Source: a virus
Strand: one strand, 5' to 3'
Length of the DNA stretch: 64,000 nt
IMG/VR virus record: IMGVR_UViG_3300009093_000034
Span: 30,632-94,631 of that record
Position 1 is the first letter of the stretch, and every line of letters starts with the position of its first letter. The translations under genes were made by a program, and so were the position numbers. This document shows positions 1 through 10,279 of this stretch, in pieces. A model generated the notes under the pieces. That model was not told the DNA's origin, did not search any database, and worked only from the letters and a program-made list of their open reading frames with translations.

Positions 1-1
1 G

Positions 2-802
2 AACATCAGAAAGGACATTGTTTCTTACTACAGAGACCACCCTGGAAAAAGTTTGGCCTACGACTTGACCAACCTTAACCAGAACAACAACCCAGTTACC
101 AACGCTATCGCTGATAACTTCAGGGGACAGTGGTTGAACAACATCGAGAACGACAACAACGATCCATGGTCTGCTATGTCTGGTGTTGGTATCATCTCTG
201 ACTTGAGTGTTAACTGTTCTGCAGCCGGAAGAACAAGAAGCTTTGACGAAGAGTACAAGCTTCATGCTGTTCCAGAGCTTGCTAAGAAAGCTGTTGCAAG
301 GATTCTTGATCAAGATCCTACTCTTGCATCAGAAGGTAGATTAGATCACATCATTGGTTGGAGCTTCTTGAAGCCAGCCAAACCTGAGTATGTAGTTGAA
401 GACTTCACTCTTAAGAACTTAAGAGAAAAGTTTGTAAAGTATGGAACCCTGGACACTCTAGCAAGTTATGAGTTCTTGGTTCCACAATATATCGATCAAG
501 ATCAAGACTTGGTCGGAGTCAGAACGGTCTCAAACCGAGGTCTCAGAGAGGCTAGAGTTCATCAGATCGTTATCGTTTCTGGATTTAATTTGGTAGATCA
601 GTTTAAAGCTGTCGACGCACACCTCTACGCATACAACAACTTTGAAACTGACATCGCGACGATCAAAGATCATTATGACTTTGATATCTTCATGGAACAG
701 ATCTTCAGTTTCATCATCGCGGTTGTTTTCTTCATCTGTTTTGGTGCAGTTTACTCTTTGGAAGGTACGCTAGAAGACAAGCTTCGCTCATCTGACGAAT
801 AA
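2..802 (+). CDS. hypothetical protein, 5'-partial at window edge; C-terminal hydrophobic (TM) segment
   Basis: Open frame runs from position 2 with no upstream stop. The ORF track start at 53 is a TTG. The C-terminus IFSFIIAVVFFICFGAVY is hydrophobic. Confidence 0.45.
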   Translation, partial: NIRKDIVSYYRDHPGKSLAYDLTNLNQNNNPVTNAIADNFRGQWLNNIENDNNDPWSAMSGVGIISDLSVNCSAAGRTRSFDEEYKLHAVPELAKKAVARILDQDPTLASEGRLDHIIGWSFLKPAKPEYVVEDFTLKNLREKFVKYGTLDTLASYEFLVPQYIDQDQDLVGVRTVSNRGLREARVHQIVIVSGFNLVDQFKAVDAHLYAYNNFETDIATIKDHYDFDIFMEQIFSFIIAVVFFICFGAVYSLEGTLEDKLRSSDE

Positions 803-809
803 CTAATTT

Positions 810-1163
810 TTGCTTGAGGTGAGCAGTATGATAAATCTTGATAGTTTCCTACAGAGTTTTTTGTGCGTTATGTTCACCTTGGCTGGAATTGTCATTCGAG
901 ACTTTTTTCTAAAGTCTAGCAGAAAGAAACACTGGCGCCACAAGATGGTTCTTAGTTTTGTTCTAGGCCTTCTTCTTTTTTTCGGAAAGAGCTTGATGTT
1001 CCCTCAAGTTAAGGATGAGTTTGCCATAGCTTTTGTTGCTGTGCTCGTAGGTCTAATTGGAGATATGCTCTTCTTAACCTTCCTTAACAAACCTTTCAAG
1101 TTCTTTGAGTTGATGAAAGGGATGAAGGAGCTCTCGAAAGACGAAGATGAAAAGAAGAAATGA
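810..1163 (+). CDS. small membrane protein
   Basis: 117 aa with multiple hydrophobic helices. The alternative ATG at 828 follows a GAGGTGAG RBS-like element. Confidence 0.4.
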   Translation: MLEVSSMINLDSFLQSFLCVMFTLAGIVIRDFFLKSSRKKHWRHKMVLSFVLGLLLFFGKSLMFPQVKDEFAIAFVAVLVGLIGDMLFLTFLNKPFKFFELMKGMKELSKDEDEKKK

Positions 1164-1915
1164 CCCTTTTAGAAATAACAGAACCTGTCGTCACAGCAGC
1201 CACCACAACCAACACCGACGTTAACTCGGCTCTCACCTCTATCTGGAATGGGTTCAGTGCCCTTTACAATTCTAGTCCAGCCTTTCAAACCATCATTCTC
1301 GCGAGTTTTTGGGGTATAGTTCTACTCATCTTGTTAGGTGTTATCTCGAAAAAAGACAAGGATAAGAAAACAGCTTCTGGTCCAACAGATCCTAAGAACA
1401 TCTACTGGAAGAACAAGAAAGACCTATACGACAAGCTAAGAAAGACCACAAGAGATTTTGGAAACTCTTATAGTACTTTGTTGAACTCTGAGTTTTACAG
1501 ACGAGCTCTTGAGGTTGGGGTTCCATCCAAGTATCTCTTCTCGTGGGAAGAAGCAAAAGACTGGAACTCCTTTTTCTCTGCTCTTGGAACAAGGGTCTTG
1601 ACCCAACTCTTTGATGATATCGAGAACAATGGCTTCGAGACCATAGCTGATGAAGAGGTTGAAAGTTTCCTGTCGCATAAGGTAGCTCTTCAACGAGGAA
1701 AGATCTACCAAGCTGTGACCGAAGAGTTTCAACAGGAGATCTTTCACAGAGGGCCTCAAGGCGACTTCTACTCAAGAACAAGGATCATGACTTACGGAGA
1801 GATCTCATTGATCATAGAGAAAGCCATGTCTTTTCTTGAACTTGAGGTCAGAAAGATCTATAAGACAGCCATCGACGAGGCCAAAAAGGTCCAAAGACTG
1901 ATCGAAGAAGACTAA
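1160..1915 (+). CDS. hypothetical protein with N-terminal TM helix
   Basis: 251 aa ORF with ATGA start/stop overlap to the upstream gene. It has a hydrophobic stretch ILASFWGIVLLILLGVI. Confidence 0.45.
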   Translation: MTLLEITEPVVTAATTTNTDVNSALTSIWNGFSALYNSSPAFQTIILASFWGIVLLILLGVISKKDKDKKTASGPTDPKNIYWKNKKDLYDKLRKTTRDFGNSYSTLLNSEFYRRALEVGVPSKYLFSWEEAKDWNSFFSALGTRVLTQLFDDIENNGFETIADEEVESFLSHKVALQRGKIYQAVTEEFQQEIFHRGPQGDFYSRTRIMTYGEISLIIEKAMSFLELEVRKIYKTAIDEAKKVQRLIEED

Positions 1916-2151
1916 GCACTTTTTGATCATTTGACACTAATTGAACATCTTAAGGTAAGCGCTTTAGTCCTTAAGAAATCTTGGAAAATATGCCGAATAT
2001 GCCAAACCTAAATGAAGAGGCCAATGGTGCTGGCCAAACGTCTCGACCCTTATATGTTGAGCAAAAACCAAGCAACTCCGTATGGTGTTGCATACACTTT
2101 CATCGTCCTCTAATCTTATAAGCGCAAAAGATCAAGACACAAGGGAAACTA

Positions 2152-3402
2152 ATGAGTTTCAACGTAAAAGAATTTAAGGAGCGCGCAAAGGCCGCTGCTC
2201 TTAAGGAAGCTGCTGCCGCTGGCAGAGCTCCAGCACAGGCTCCTGCTCCTGCAGCAAAGCCTACTAACGACAAGATCGCTTCTCTCAAAGAAAAGATCCA
2301 GACCAAGCTCGCTGAGAAGAAGGCTGCTCAAGCCGCTGCACCAGCAGGAGATGCTGATCGACAAGCTAGACTCAAGGCTTTCAAGGAAAACTTGATTACT
2401 AAGAGGAGAGCCGCTAAGCTCCAAGAGAATCGTGTTGCAAGAAACACCGCAGCCAAGGAAACCGGACGCAACCTCAAGGAAGAGACTCTTCTTCTTAAGA
2501 AGAGAGTTCAGAACTTGAAGAACTGGTTCAAGGAGAACGAAGGAGTTCTCGGAGCCGGTGTAGATCCTTACGCAGCAGGAACCATCCCAGGTCAAGCTGT
2601 TCCAGGTCTAGAACCTTCCATGGATCCTAACGCTCCAGCTCAACCTCCTGTTCAGCTTCCTCCAGAAGTCGTTGCAGAGATTCAGAGCATCGCAACCGCA
2701 GCAGAGTCTTTGGCTCAGCTCGCCGGTATCGAACCTGCTACCAACCTCGGTGCAGAACCTGGTTCTGATGTTCCAGCAACCACTGCAGATGGAGAAGGCG
2801 GAGCTCTTCCTCAGGCACAACCTGGTGTAAACCCTGTTCTTGAGTCCATCAGGAAGAGAAAGATCGACTCTATCAAGGAGAAGCTTGCTGCTCGTAAGGC
2901 AGAGAGCCTCGCTGAGAAGAAGACCACTGAAGATGACGAGATCGCCGCTCTTCAGGAAAAGGCTGCAAAGCGCAGAGCTGCTCTTCAAGAGCTTCGTGCT
3001 AAGGTCATGGCAGAGTCTTTCAATGATCAAGAAGCAACTGATGACCTCGTTCAGGCTCTTGAGATCAACCCTTCTTACCCTTACCCTACCGCTCCAAAGT
3101 ACACCGACCGCTCTGAAGTTCTTCCAACCGCAGGAACTAAGAGAGGCAACGAGACAGGTTCCTTTACCCCCGGTAAGAACACTCTCAAGCCTGGTCATGT
3201 CTGGAAGCCTGGCACCTTGAAGGTCTCTGGTTCTACCAAGGAACTTCAGATCCACAACCAATCCGCAGACGCTCCTGAGGGAACCGCTCTTCGTGAAGAT
3301 GGTCAGTTGGATCCTGAGAACTGGGCAGATCGCCACGTTCTTAAGATGACTGAGAGCAAGGTTGACTTCCAAGCTCTTCTTAAGAAGGGACTTCTCGGTT
3401 AA
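2152..3402 (+). CDS. Ala/Lys-rich coiled-coil protein, scaffold/core-like (head module)
   Basis: 416 aa of low complexity, Ala/Lys/Glu rich. A strong terminator hairpin lies downstream at 3425-3458. It sits upstream of the capsid gene cluster. Confidence 0.5.
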   Translation: MSFNVKEFKERAKAAALKEAAAAGRAPAQAPAPAAKPTNDKIASLKEKIQTKLAEKKAAQAAAPAGDADRQARLKAFKENLITKRRAAKLQENRVARNTAAKETGRNLKEETLLLKKRVQNLKNWFKENEGVLGAGVDPYAAGTIPGQAVPGLEPSMDPNAPAQPPVQLPPEVVAEIQSIATAAESLAQLAGIEPATNLGAEPGSDVPATTADGEGGALPQAQPGVNPVLESIRKRKIDSIKEKLAARKAESLAEKKTTEDDEIAALQEKAAKRRAALQELRAKVMAESFNDQEATDDLVQALEINPSYPYPTAPKYTDRSEVLPTAGTKRGNETGSFTPGKNTLKPGHVWKPGTLKVSGSTKELQIHNQSADAPEGTALREDGQLDPENWADRHVLKMTESKVDFQALLKKGLLG

Positions 3403-3424
3403 TCAATCGTTAGTCTGATGTTAA

Positions 3425-3458
3425 AACCTCCACCCTAGGGTGGAGGTTTTCTTTTTTC
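3425..3458 (+). terminator. rho-independent terminator
   Basis: CCTCCACCC-TA-GGGTGGAGG hairpin followed by TTTTCTTTTTT. Confidence 0.75.
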
Positions 3459-3487
3459 AAAGCACTAACTAAGAATAAGGAATCATT

Positions 3488-5479
3488 ATGGGACAACTTC
3501 AGAGATTTAGAGAATCCTTCACCATGCAACAAGGTCAATTCGAAAGAATTCCTTTGACCGAAGCTCTCCAAGAAAAGTATCACATTCCTGAGACCGTCAA
3601 GAGACTTACTGAATCTACCAAATATCAAGAGGCTACGACTAGACTTGTTGAAAAGGCTTTCAAAGACCTTGAGGAATCAGGTACTTCAGTAGAACTTATC
3701 TCTAGATTACGAGAAGCTCTAAAAGTAACACTTCCTGAAAACAGGAACCTTTACAAGTTTCCAGTCTCAAAGTACGACAACCTAAACATCAACAAGCGCC
3801 GATACCCAAAGAAACTTTGGGAAAGAGTTATTCATGATCAAGAAGATCGTTGGAAAGGACTCTCAGGTCTTGCTGACCACCCATCTGACGATTCTGATGG
3901 AGAGTTCAAGAACTCATCTATCGTTTGGTTGGACATGGAGATCGACCCAAAAACTAACCTAGTTTGGGGTGTGGGTGTTTTTGTTGGTCCTTACGGAAGA
4001 CTTGCACAAGAGATCATTGACGTTGGTGGACGTGTTGGATTCAGCTCTTCAGGTTTTGGAGAGCTTGGTTATGACGGTGAGACCGTTGATCCAGAGTCCT
4101 ACATCATCGAGCGTGTTGCAGACCTAGTTCTAAACCCTTCTCAAGGTGTTTATGGTGCTTCTGACAACAACTTGAATGTAGAGTACTCGTCTCAGAAACC
4201 TGTTAAAGAAAATTCTACTAATTCTCTAGAAACCCTTTCTCGGGTGGAGGAAAAACACCGAATGTCTGAACAAACTAAACCTGCTATTAGCAAGATCGAG
4301 GAGAAGAAGTTCCGAAGAGACGTTGAGTCTCTCTTGAACGACGCTTCTAAGTTAGCCGACCCTCAGGTTCGTCTTGTAGAACTCACAGAGATCCTCGACG
4401 CCTTTGAGGAAGGAATTGCTCCTGATCTTAGAGAAAAGGTTGAGACCGAGATCTTAGCTGAGAAGCTCAAGATCGAGACCATGCTTCGTGAAACAAGCGA
4501 GACCCTTTCCGCTTTTGGAGCTACTAGCCCTGATGCTATCAAGGCCGGAGTTGCTCTTCTTGCCGAAGAGGTTAACCTAGTCGCTGCTGAGGCAAAAGAC
4601 TGGGAGAAGATCGCTATTGCCCTAAGAGACAGCAACAAGTCTCTTAAGGAAGAGAACCAGAAGCTCTCTGCAGAGCTTTCTATCCGTCCTTCTGTTGATG
4701 CTTTCGGAAAACTCACTGAGAAGGTCAAGGTTCTTGAAGAACAAAAGCACAAGTTCGCTACTAAGTATCTTCAGGAAGCTGAAGAAGAGAACGAAACATC
4801 AGAAGAGATGGAAAAGAAGATGGAGTCTCTTAACAATGAGATCTCTGGTCTTAAGTCCAAGATTCTTGAGTTCGTCTCCCAAGAGAAGAAGTTCGCTTCT
4901 GCTCATGCTGCCGAGATCACCGAGTCCAAGAAAGAAGTTGAGTCAGCTAAGAAGTTGGCCGAGGAATCTAAGCTTGCTCTAGAAGAAGCCGAGACCACCA
5001 TCGACCTTCAGGAACAACAGATCACCAGACTTCAGAACAGTCTCAAGGAAACTAGAGTCGCTGCTCAGAAGCTTGAGGAAGAATACGTAAACTTCCAGAA
5101 TCAAGTTAAGCTTGAGAGTGCACCTCCTAAGATCGTTCCTCGCTTTGAGGAGAGAGTCAATGGACTCTTGAACTTCAGAGAGAACAACGGTGTTGAAGTT
5201 GAAGCTCTTTGGCAGACCTTGACCGATCGTCACGGTTCTGCTATTAAGCCTTTTGAGAAGAACATCAGAGGAGCCAAGACCATCAGAGAGGCTACCTCAG
5301 CTTACTACCGAGCACTTCCTGAGTTTGAAGAGAACAACATCGCTCTTCACGAAGCTGAACTTCCAGATTCTACCTCTGTTACCAGACAAGAAAGAGTTGA
5401 GATGTTCGAGCGCCAAGGTGTTAAGTTTGGTGGAAAGACCTTGATCGACAGAGTCCTTGAGAGAAAGGGCTACCAGTAA
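3488..5479 (+). CDS. coiled-coil scaffold-like protein (possible prohead protease-scaffold fusion)
   Basis: 663 aa. The C-terminal ~400 aa are heptad-rich and Glu/Lys-rich, resembling phage scaffolding proteins. A globular N-terminal domain carries the GFSSSGFG motif. The gene is positioned just before the capsid gene. Confidence 0.5.
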   Translation: MGQLQRFRESFTMQQGQFERIPLTEALQEKYHIPETVKRLTESTKYQEATTRLVEKAFKDLEESGTSVELISRLREALKVTLPENRNLYKFPVSKYDNLNINKRRYPKKLWERVIHDQEDRWKGLSGLADHPSDDSDGEFKNSSIVWLDMEIDPKTNLVWGVGVFVGPYGRLAQEIIDVGGRVGFSSSGFGELGYDGETVDPESYIIERVADLVLNPSQGVYGASDNNLNVEYSSQKPVKENSTNSLETLSRVEEKHRMSEQTKPAISKIEEKKFRRDVESLLNDASKLADPQVRLVELTEILDAFEEGIAPDLREKVETEILAEKLKIETMLRETSETLSAFGATSPDAIKAGVALLAEEVNLVAAEAKDWEKIAIALRDSNKSLKEENQKLSAELSIRPSVDAFGKLTEKVKVLEEQKHKFATKYLQEAEEENETSEEMEKKMESLNNEISGLKSKILEFVSQEKKFASAHAAEITESKKEVESAKKLAEESKLALEEAETTIDLQEQQITRLQNSLKETRVAAQKLEEEYVNFQNQVKLESAPPKIVPRFEERVNGLLNFRENNGVEVEALWQTLTDRHGSAIKPFEKNIRGAKTIREATSAYYRALPEFEENNIALHEAELPDSTSVTRQERVEMFERQGVKFGGKTLIDRVLERKGYQ

Positions 5480-5510
5480 TAGATAAAAGAGACAGCGCCC
5501 AAGTCGTCTC

Positions 5511-5541
5511 GAGCCTTCTCGTAAGAGAAGGCTTTTTTTTT
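5511..5541 (+). terminator. rho-independent terminator
   Basis: GCCTTCTC-GTAA-GAGAAGGC hairpin followed by a T9 run. Confidence 0.75.
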
Positions 5542-5568
5542 GCTCTTAACTAATTACCTAAAGGAACA

Positions 5569-7083
5569 ATGATGCAAAAGAAAGCTTCATCATTCGATGA
5601 ACTCTGGGACAGGGTTTACTCACAGTACCAAGAAGACGCTGCCATAGAGCTCGGACACAACCCTCAAGCAAAACCTGGGGATGAAGAAGCTACCGCTTGG
5701 TTCAGAAACACGAAGAACGGGCAGTATGACATCCCAAGCTCTGAGAACTACATCAAGACCGTTGCCAATCAATTGAAGATGGGTCCAACCCCTTTGCCAC
5801 AAGACTTTGTGGCCTTTCTTAACTCTGCTGTCAAGCAATTTGGTCCTCAGATGCCTGATGTCATTGTTTATGACCAGTTAGACCAAAAGACCATCAACAA
5901 CATCAACTCAAGATTCCCTAATTTCTTCATCACAAGTGTCGTTCAGATCAAGGACCATAACACAGGAAAACCTGTTGGTGTTTGGGGAGTCTTCAAACCT
6001 TCTAGCAACGCTACCGCAGCTTATGACAACACTAGAGTCATGAAAAGACTTGACACCATGAAAGAAGCCGGAGGCCCTTTGAGCATTGGAAACAGCTTCT
6101 TAGGTTCACTCTATGGTGCAGCAGGAAACATGATCACCAAAGGTGTTGGAAAGCTCTTCAATAAAGACGCAAGCAAGCCAACCACTCCAGTCAGTCCTCA
6201 ACCTCAACAAGTCTCTACTGCTCAACAAACCGACAACCCAGCTTCTCCTAACAGACCTGGTATCTCCGTCCAAGGTGTGACCGCTGGTCCTGAAGAGTAC
6301 CAGAAGGTTGATCAACTTGTTCAAGCTTTGATCAAGACCTTTGGTTCTCAACCAAAGAAAGAAGACTTGTCCTCTGAAGCCAGAGAGTTCATCAAGGCTT
6401 ATGGTCTTGAAAAGATGTTTGAAGCAGACCTTCGTTCTGGTCTTCAAAGTGTCCAGACCTTCTTAAGAACCCTTCAGGGAAAAGGAAGCTCTCAAAAGTG
6501 GGGACTTCAAGATTTCCAGAACCTCTCCACTCTTCTTGATGATCCAGATGTTCAAGCTCTTCTAAAACAAAAGAAGATCGTCTCAAACTTGAACAAAGCT
6601 GACTTCCAGATCTTGATTCAAACTGTTGAACAAAAGACCGGTAAAGATCAAGGCAACAAACAGAACCAAGCCATCAAAACAAGCTCAGACCCTAGAGTTG
6701 TGGCAGCTGGATACACGGATCTCTTCAAGAAACTCGCTATGGATCCAAAAGCCAAAGGTGAAGCCGTCAATCTTTGGAGAGCTAACCACCAATCTACAGA
6801 TTTAACCACTTGGTCTGTTAATGACCTCAAGACAATCGACAACTTAGCTGCAACCTTCTTAGGTCCTAACATGGTGATCAACGCTAATCTAGTTAAGAAC
6901 TCTGAGAACCCATCTTTGACTCTTGGTGGAAAACAAGTTCAATCAGCACCTGTTCCACAAGCAACTCCAGGAGCAAATAAAGCTACAGTTGATGCCATTA
7001 CTAAATACATGAATACACATAAGATGATAGCTGCAGACAAAGAAGCCTTTTCTAGAGTTCTTAGATTGTTGAAATCTAATTAA
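5569..7083 (+). CDS. hypothetical head-module protein
   Basis: 504 aa ORF between the scaffold-like and capsid genes. It has a Pro/Gln-rich linker and no recognisable catalytic motifs. Confidence 0.45.
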   Translation: MMQKKASSFDELWDRVYSQYQEDAAIELGHNPQAKPGDEEATAWFRNTKNGQYDIPSSENYIKTVANQLKMGPTPLPQDFVAFLNSAVKQFGPQMPDVIVYDQLDQKTINNINSRFPNFFITSVVQIKDHNTGKPVGVWGVFKPSSNATAAYDNTRVMKRLDTMKEAGGPLSIGNSFLGSLYGAAGNMITKGVGKLFNKDASKPTTPVSPQPQQVSTAQQTDNPASPNRPGISVQGVTAGPEEYQKVDQLVQALIKTFGSQPKKEDLSSEAREFIKAYGLEKMFEADLRSGLQSVQTFLRTLQGKGSSQKWGLQDFQNLSTLLDDPDVQALLKQKKIVSNLNKADFQILIQTVEQKTGKDQGNKQNQAIKTSSDPRVVAAGYTDLFKKLAMDPKAKGEAVNLWRANHQSTDLTTWSVNDLKTIDNLAATFLGPNMVINANLVKNSENPSLTLGGKQVQSAPVPQATPGANKATVDAITKYMNTHKMIAADKEAFSRVLRLLKSN

Positions 7084-7315
7084 AATAGAAGAGTTTTTAT
7101 CTTTTTCGAAAGCTGCTACTAACTTATCAGGATTAGCGATACTAACTAAATCGTAAGCTAATAATTCGGCTTTATATGCCGAGAATTGATAATGGGATAC
7201 CTTAAACTGCCCAACAACGGATCTGTCAACAACATATGGACAACGAGAATTGCCGGATGTGCTTCGAGTCACTTTTACTCAGACGTTTTTACAATACACG
7301 CAAAAGGAAAACATT

Positions 7316-9094
7316 ATGTCAGGTGGAATCACCGGAAGAATGAACAGCGAATTGCGCGAAGCTATCACTGATAAGCTTTACCGCGATGAGCGCTCCTACC
7401 GCGACGACAAGCTCGTTGAAAAGTGGAACAGAATTCCCGAGGTAGGAAAGAATATTAAGAAGCTCGACGAAGGAACCGCAAGGCTCTTGGCTCGTCACTT
7501 GGAAAACCAAGCTCGCTTCATGGGTCGCTTGACTGAGGCCCAACTCTCTAGCGGATTCCAGGGTTTCTCCCCTGAGAACATGCTTCGTTTGGTTCGTTTG
7601 GCATACCCAAACACCATCAGAAACAAGCTCTTCACCGAGTTCGCAATGGAATCCGCAAAGGACTCCATCAAGTATATCCGCCCTGTCTACACCACCACCG
7701 CTAACGGTCAGAACTTGAACGATCGTACCTTCGGTGTTCCTGGTTGGTCAAACGCTGGCGATGCCTACGATCCTGCCGATCCTTGGAACCTTAACGGTTC
7801 GAACGACATCAACAACAGCGACTACCGCAGAGCAATGTACGAAACCAACGAAGATCGTTACACCAACCCAATGGCTAACGCTCTTGTTGCAACTTTCGAC
7901 GGAACTCACACTTGGACCGTTTACGACTCTGTTAAGGCAGTTCAGACGTTCTCTGCCGTTACCGACACATCAGCTGTTGCTAACGTTGGTGGAACCACTC
8001 TAACCCTTAACACCACCGGAACTTGGGTCATCTATGGTACTCTTACCATCGGTACCACCCACGCCGCAGTCGGTTCTTCTGCCTTCTCTCTCGGCTACGT
8101 CGATGGATACGCTTCTCTCTTCACTGCAGCAGACAGCTATCCTCCTTCCGCCGGAACTGGTTGGCACCTTCAGGAGCAGAACGTCATCGCTACTCAGAAC
8201 AAGACTGGCGCTGCTCTCTCCGTTAACGGATCTTGGATGATCAAGTCTGGATCCACTCTCACCATCACCGCAACCTCCCTCGTTGGTGTGTTCGCTCTCG
8301 GTGGTGCAGATGCCGCAAACGTCCGCGGTGGTTATGGCCGTTTTAACCCAGAAGGTGACTTCCAGGGTAACTTCCTTGGTGAAGTTGAGTTGATCATGAC
8401 CGACTACTGGTTCAGACCACAGCCAACTACCATTGGTGTTACGTGGAGCCAGTTGACCGAGCTTGTTCTCGACACCTCCTTCGGAGTTGCCGCTGAGGAG
8501 CTCTTGGTTGACTACGCTGGCCAGGAAATCAAGAGATCTCTCGACGTTCGCGCCGTAAAGATCGCTTACCAAGCCGCCAAGATGAACCCAAGCTACTACA
8601 CGATCACCTTTGATGCATCCTCTGGAAATAGCACGGACGACTCTTACCTCTCTACCGCTCAGACCTTCACTCAGGCTATCGCCCGTGTTGCAGACGTTCA
8701 ATTGAACGATATCAACCGTGGTGGAGTTAGCCGAATGGTTGGTGGACCTGCAGCAATGACTTACCTCCGCATGGTCGGTGGTTTCTCTGCTAAGGGCCAG
8801 ATGACCCCAGTCGGTGGTCACCAGATTGGAGAGCTTCAGGGCATTCCATTGTTCAAGGTTCCTTCTAACGTCATCCCTGATGACGAGATCCTTTGTGTTT
8901 GGAAGAACGACGAGAACGAGGCAGACGTTGCAGTTGCCTTCGGTACCTTGGTTCCTTTCTTCAGCACTGGTATCATCCAGAGGAAGAACTTCTACAAGGA
9001 AGCAGGTCTTTCGACCTACGGTGACTGGAACGTTCTAAACAGACGTTACCTTGGTCTTATCAAGATCACCGGTCTCCGCCAGCTCCAGAACTAA
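7316..9094 (+). CDS. major capsid protein, T4 gp23-like
   Basis: 593 aa. An ATG with an AAAAGGAAAA RBS lies inside the longer tracked ORF. The N-terminal region LVRLAYPNTIRNKLFTEF parallels T4 gp23 MVRRAIPNLIAFDI. ENQ and K..L.A.Y blocks are also shared with gp23. A strong terminator follows the gene. Confidence 0.7.
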   Translation: MSGGITGRMNSELREAITDKLYRDERSYRDDKLVEKWNRIPEVGKNIKKLDEGTARLLARHLENQARFMGRLTEAQLSSGFQGFSPENMLRLVRLAYPNTIRNKLFTEFAMESAKDSIKYIRPVYTTTANGQNLNDRTFGVPGWSNAGDAYDPADPWNLNGSNDINNSDYRRAMYETNEDRYTNPMANALVATFDGTHTWTVYDSVKAVQTFSAVTDTSAVANVGGTTLTLNTTGTWVIYGTLTIGTTHAAVGSSAFSLGYVDGYASLFTAADSYPPSAGTGWHLQEQNVIATQNKTGAALSVNGSWMIKSGSTLTITATSLVGVFALGGADAANVRGGYGRFNPEGDFQGNFLGEVELIMTDYWFRPQPTTIGVTWSQLTELVLDTSFGVAAEELLVDYAGQEIKRSLDVRAVKIAYQAAKMNPSYYTITFDASSGNSTDDSYLSTAQTFTQAIARVADVQLNDINRGGVSRMVGGPAAMTYLRMVGGFSAKGQMTPVGGHQIGELQGIPLFKVPSNVIPDDEILCVWKNDENEADVAVAFGTLVPFFSTGIIQRKNFYKEAGLSTYGDWNVLNRRYLGLIKITGLRQLQN

Positions 9095-9120
9095 TCTAGA
9101 CTAGATTCTTAAGTCAAGAA

Positions 9121-9150
9121 AAACCCTCTCGAAAGAGAGGGTTTTTTATT
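9121..9150 (+). terminator. rho-independent terminator after capsid gene
   Basis: ACCCTCTC-GAAA-GAGAGGGT hairpin followed by TTTTTTATTTT. Confidence 0.8.
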
Positions 9151-9176
9151 TTATACTTAGACATAAGGAAAACTAT

Positions 9177-9707
9177 ATGACACACTACTTCAGCACAGAA
9201 GATCTAGAACGACTCATGATGAATCAGATCCAATACCAAAAGGATCTAGATGAAGAATTTAAGGTTCCTCTTCTTGACATTGGTTCAACTCTTGAACGTC
9301 ACCTTCGAAGCATTGAGATCCCATCGGATAGAGTCAAGATCTTGGTGATGAACACCTCTGTTGAGAAGTTCACCATCAACAACACTGAGGTGATCATCCA
9401 TGCAAAGCCGATCCCAACTCTGGAGTCAAAGGATCTCGAGTTCTTTCCAGAGCAAAAGAGATACATTGAAGAAAACATTCAAGACGTGTTTGATACTCTG
9501 ACAGAGTTCGACTTCTTGGTCTTCGGTCTTTTCATCCCATATGTGTTGAATGGAACCATGACTTGGAACACTGACATCAATGAACAACCTAACGCTCTTA
9601 AGACCTCAGCCTTCTTGGGAGGTTACATGGTCTTAACCACAAAGACATCTCCTTACTCGTTGGATGCTTACTCCAAGGAATGGAGAAAGATGCTTGACAA
9701 TAGTTAG
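9177..9707 (+). CDS. short capsid-termini-like paralog 1
   Basis: 176 aa. The N-terminus NQIQYQKDLDE and the C-terminal LVFGLFIPYVLNG motif echo the MCP termini. It has an RBS AAGGAAAA. Confidence 0.5.
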   Translation: MTHYFSTEDLERLMMNQIQYQKDLDEEFKVPLLDIGSTLERHLRSIEIPSDRVKILVMNTSVEKFTINNTEVIIHAKPIPTLESKDLEFFPEQKRYIEENIQDVFDTLTEFDFLVFGLFIPYVLNGTMTWNTDINEQPNALKTSAFLGGYMVLTTKTSPYSLDAYSKEWRKMLDNS

Positions 9708-9736
9708 GTTTATACTATGTTGATTAGGAGATCCTT

Positions 9737-10279
9737 ATGATCGAAGTTCCAGAAACAGAACTCTATGGAATGTTTCAAAACCAACTTAAGTTCCAAGAAA
9801 GACTTCCTGAGACTAACACTTTTCTAAAGTTCCTTCCTCCGATCGATGTGGGAACTAAGATTAGAAAGGTCTTTGGAACTCTAAATGTTCCTGAGAATAC
9901 TAAAATCATCTCTTTGGATACAGCCAAAGCTGCCTATTCTTACAAAAAAGATGCTCTAGATAAAGCTCTTTTCTTTCCAGAAGAAGGAGATTCTGTCTAC
10001 TACTTCAGAGTTAGACCAATCTCCTTACTAGGTGAAGTTTACACCCATCCTTCAGATCAAGAAAGAGACTTTTTCTTAGATTTCAAGAACAATCTAGAAA
10101 ACTTCATTAACGAGATCTCAAACAAAACAAATGATCCTTCTAAAAAGATAGTTCTAGGAATTCTAGTTCCATTCTTCCTTACTGGAGCTATTCAAAGAGA
10201 GAACTTCTTCAAGGACTCTCAATTGGCTCTGTATGGGGATTGGACCACTATTGATGTTCAGGTAAAATCAGATGATTGA
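9737..10279 (+). CDS. short capsid-termini-like paralog 2
   Basis: 180 aa. The C-terminus LGILVPFFLTGAIQRENFFKDSQLALYGDW is nearly identical in pattern to the MCP C-terminus FGTLVPFFSTGIIQRKNFYKEAGLSTYGDW. Confidence 0.55.
   Translation: MIEVPETELYGMFQNQLKFQERLPETNTFLKFLPPIDVGTKIRKVFGTLNVPENTKIISLDTAKAAYSYKKDALDKALFFPEEGDSVYYFRVRPISLLGEVYTHPSDQERDFFLDFKNNLENFINEISNKTNDPSKKIVLGILVPFFLTGAIQRENFFKDSQLALYGDWTTIDVQVKSDD

Noticed and set aside
2608-3372. 254-aa minus-strand ORF inside the Ala-rich scaffold-like gene
   Set aside because: Antisense to a well-supported plus-strand gene. It is Leu/Ser/Arg-rich, typical of a spurious reverse frame.
7186-7371. 61-aa ORF overlapping the capsid gene start, and the longer 7250 start for the capsid ORF
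   Set aside because: The ATG at 7316 has the best RBS (AAAAGGAAAA) and the conserved N-terminus begins there. The upstream extension has no SD and odd composition.
8000-8821. 273-aa minus-strand ORF and several 60-90-aa ORFs inside the major capsid gene
   Set aside because: They are embedded in the MCP coding region, which is confirmed by gp23-like motifs and a terminator. They are composition-driven.
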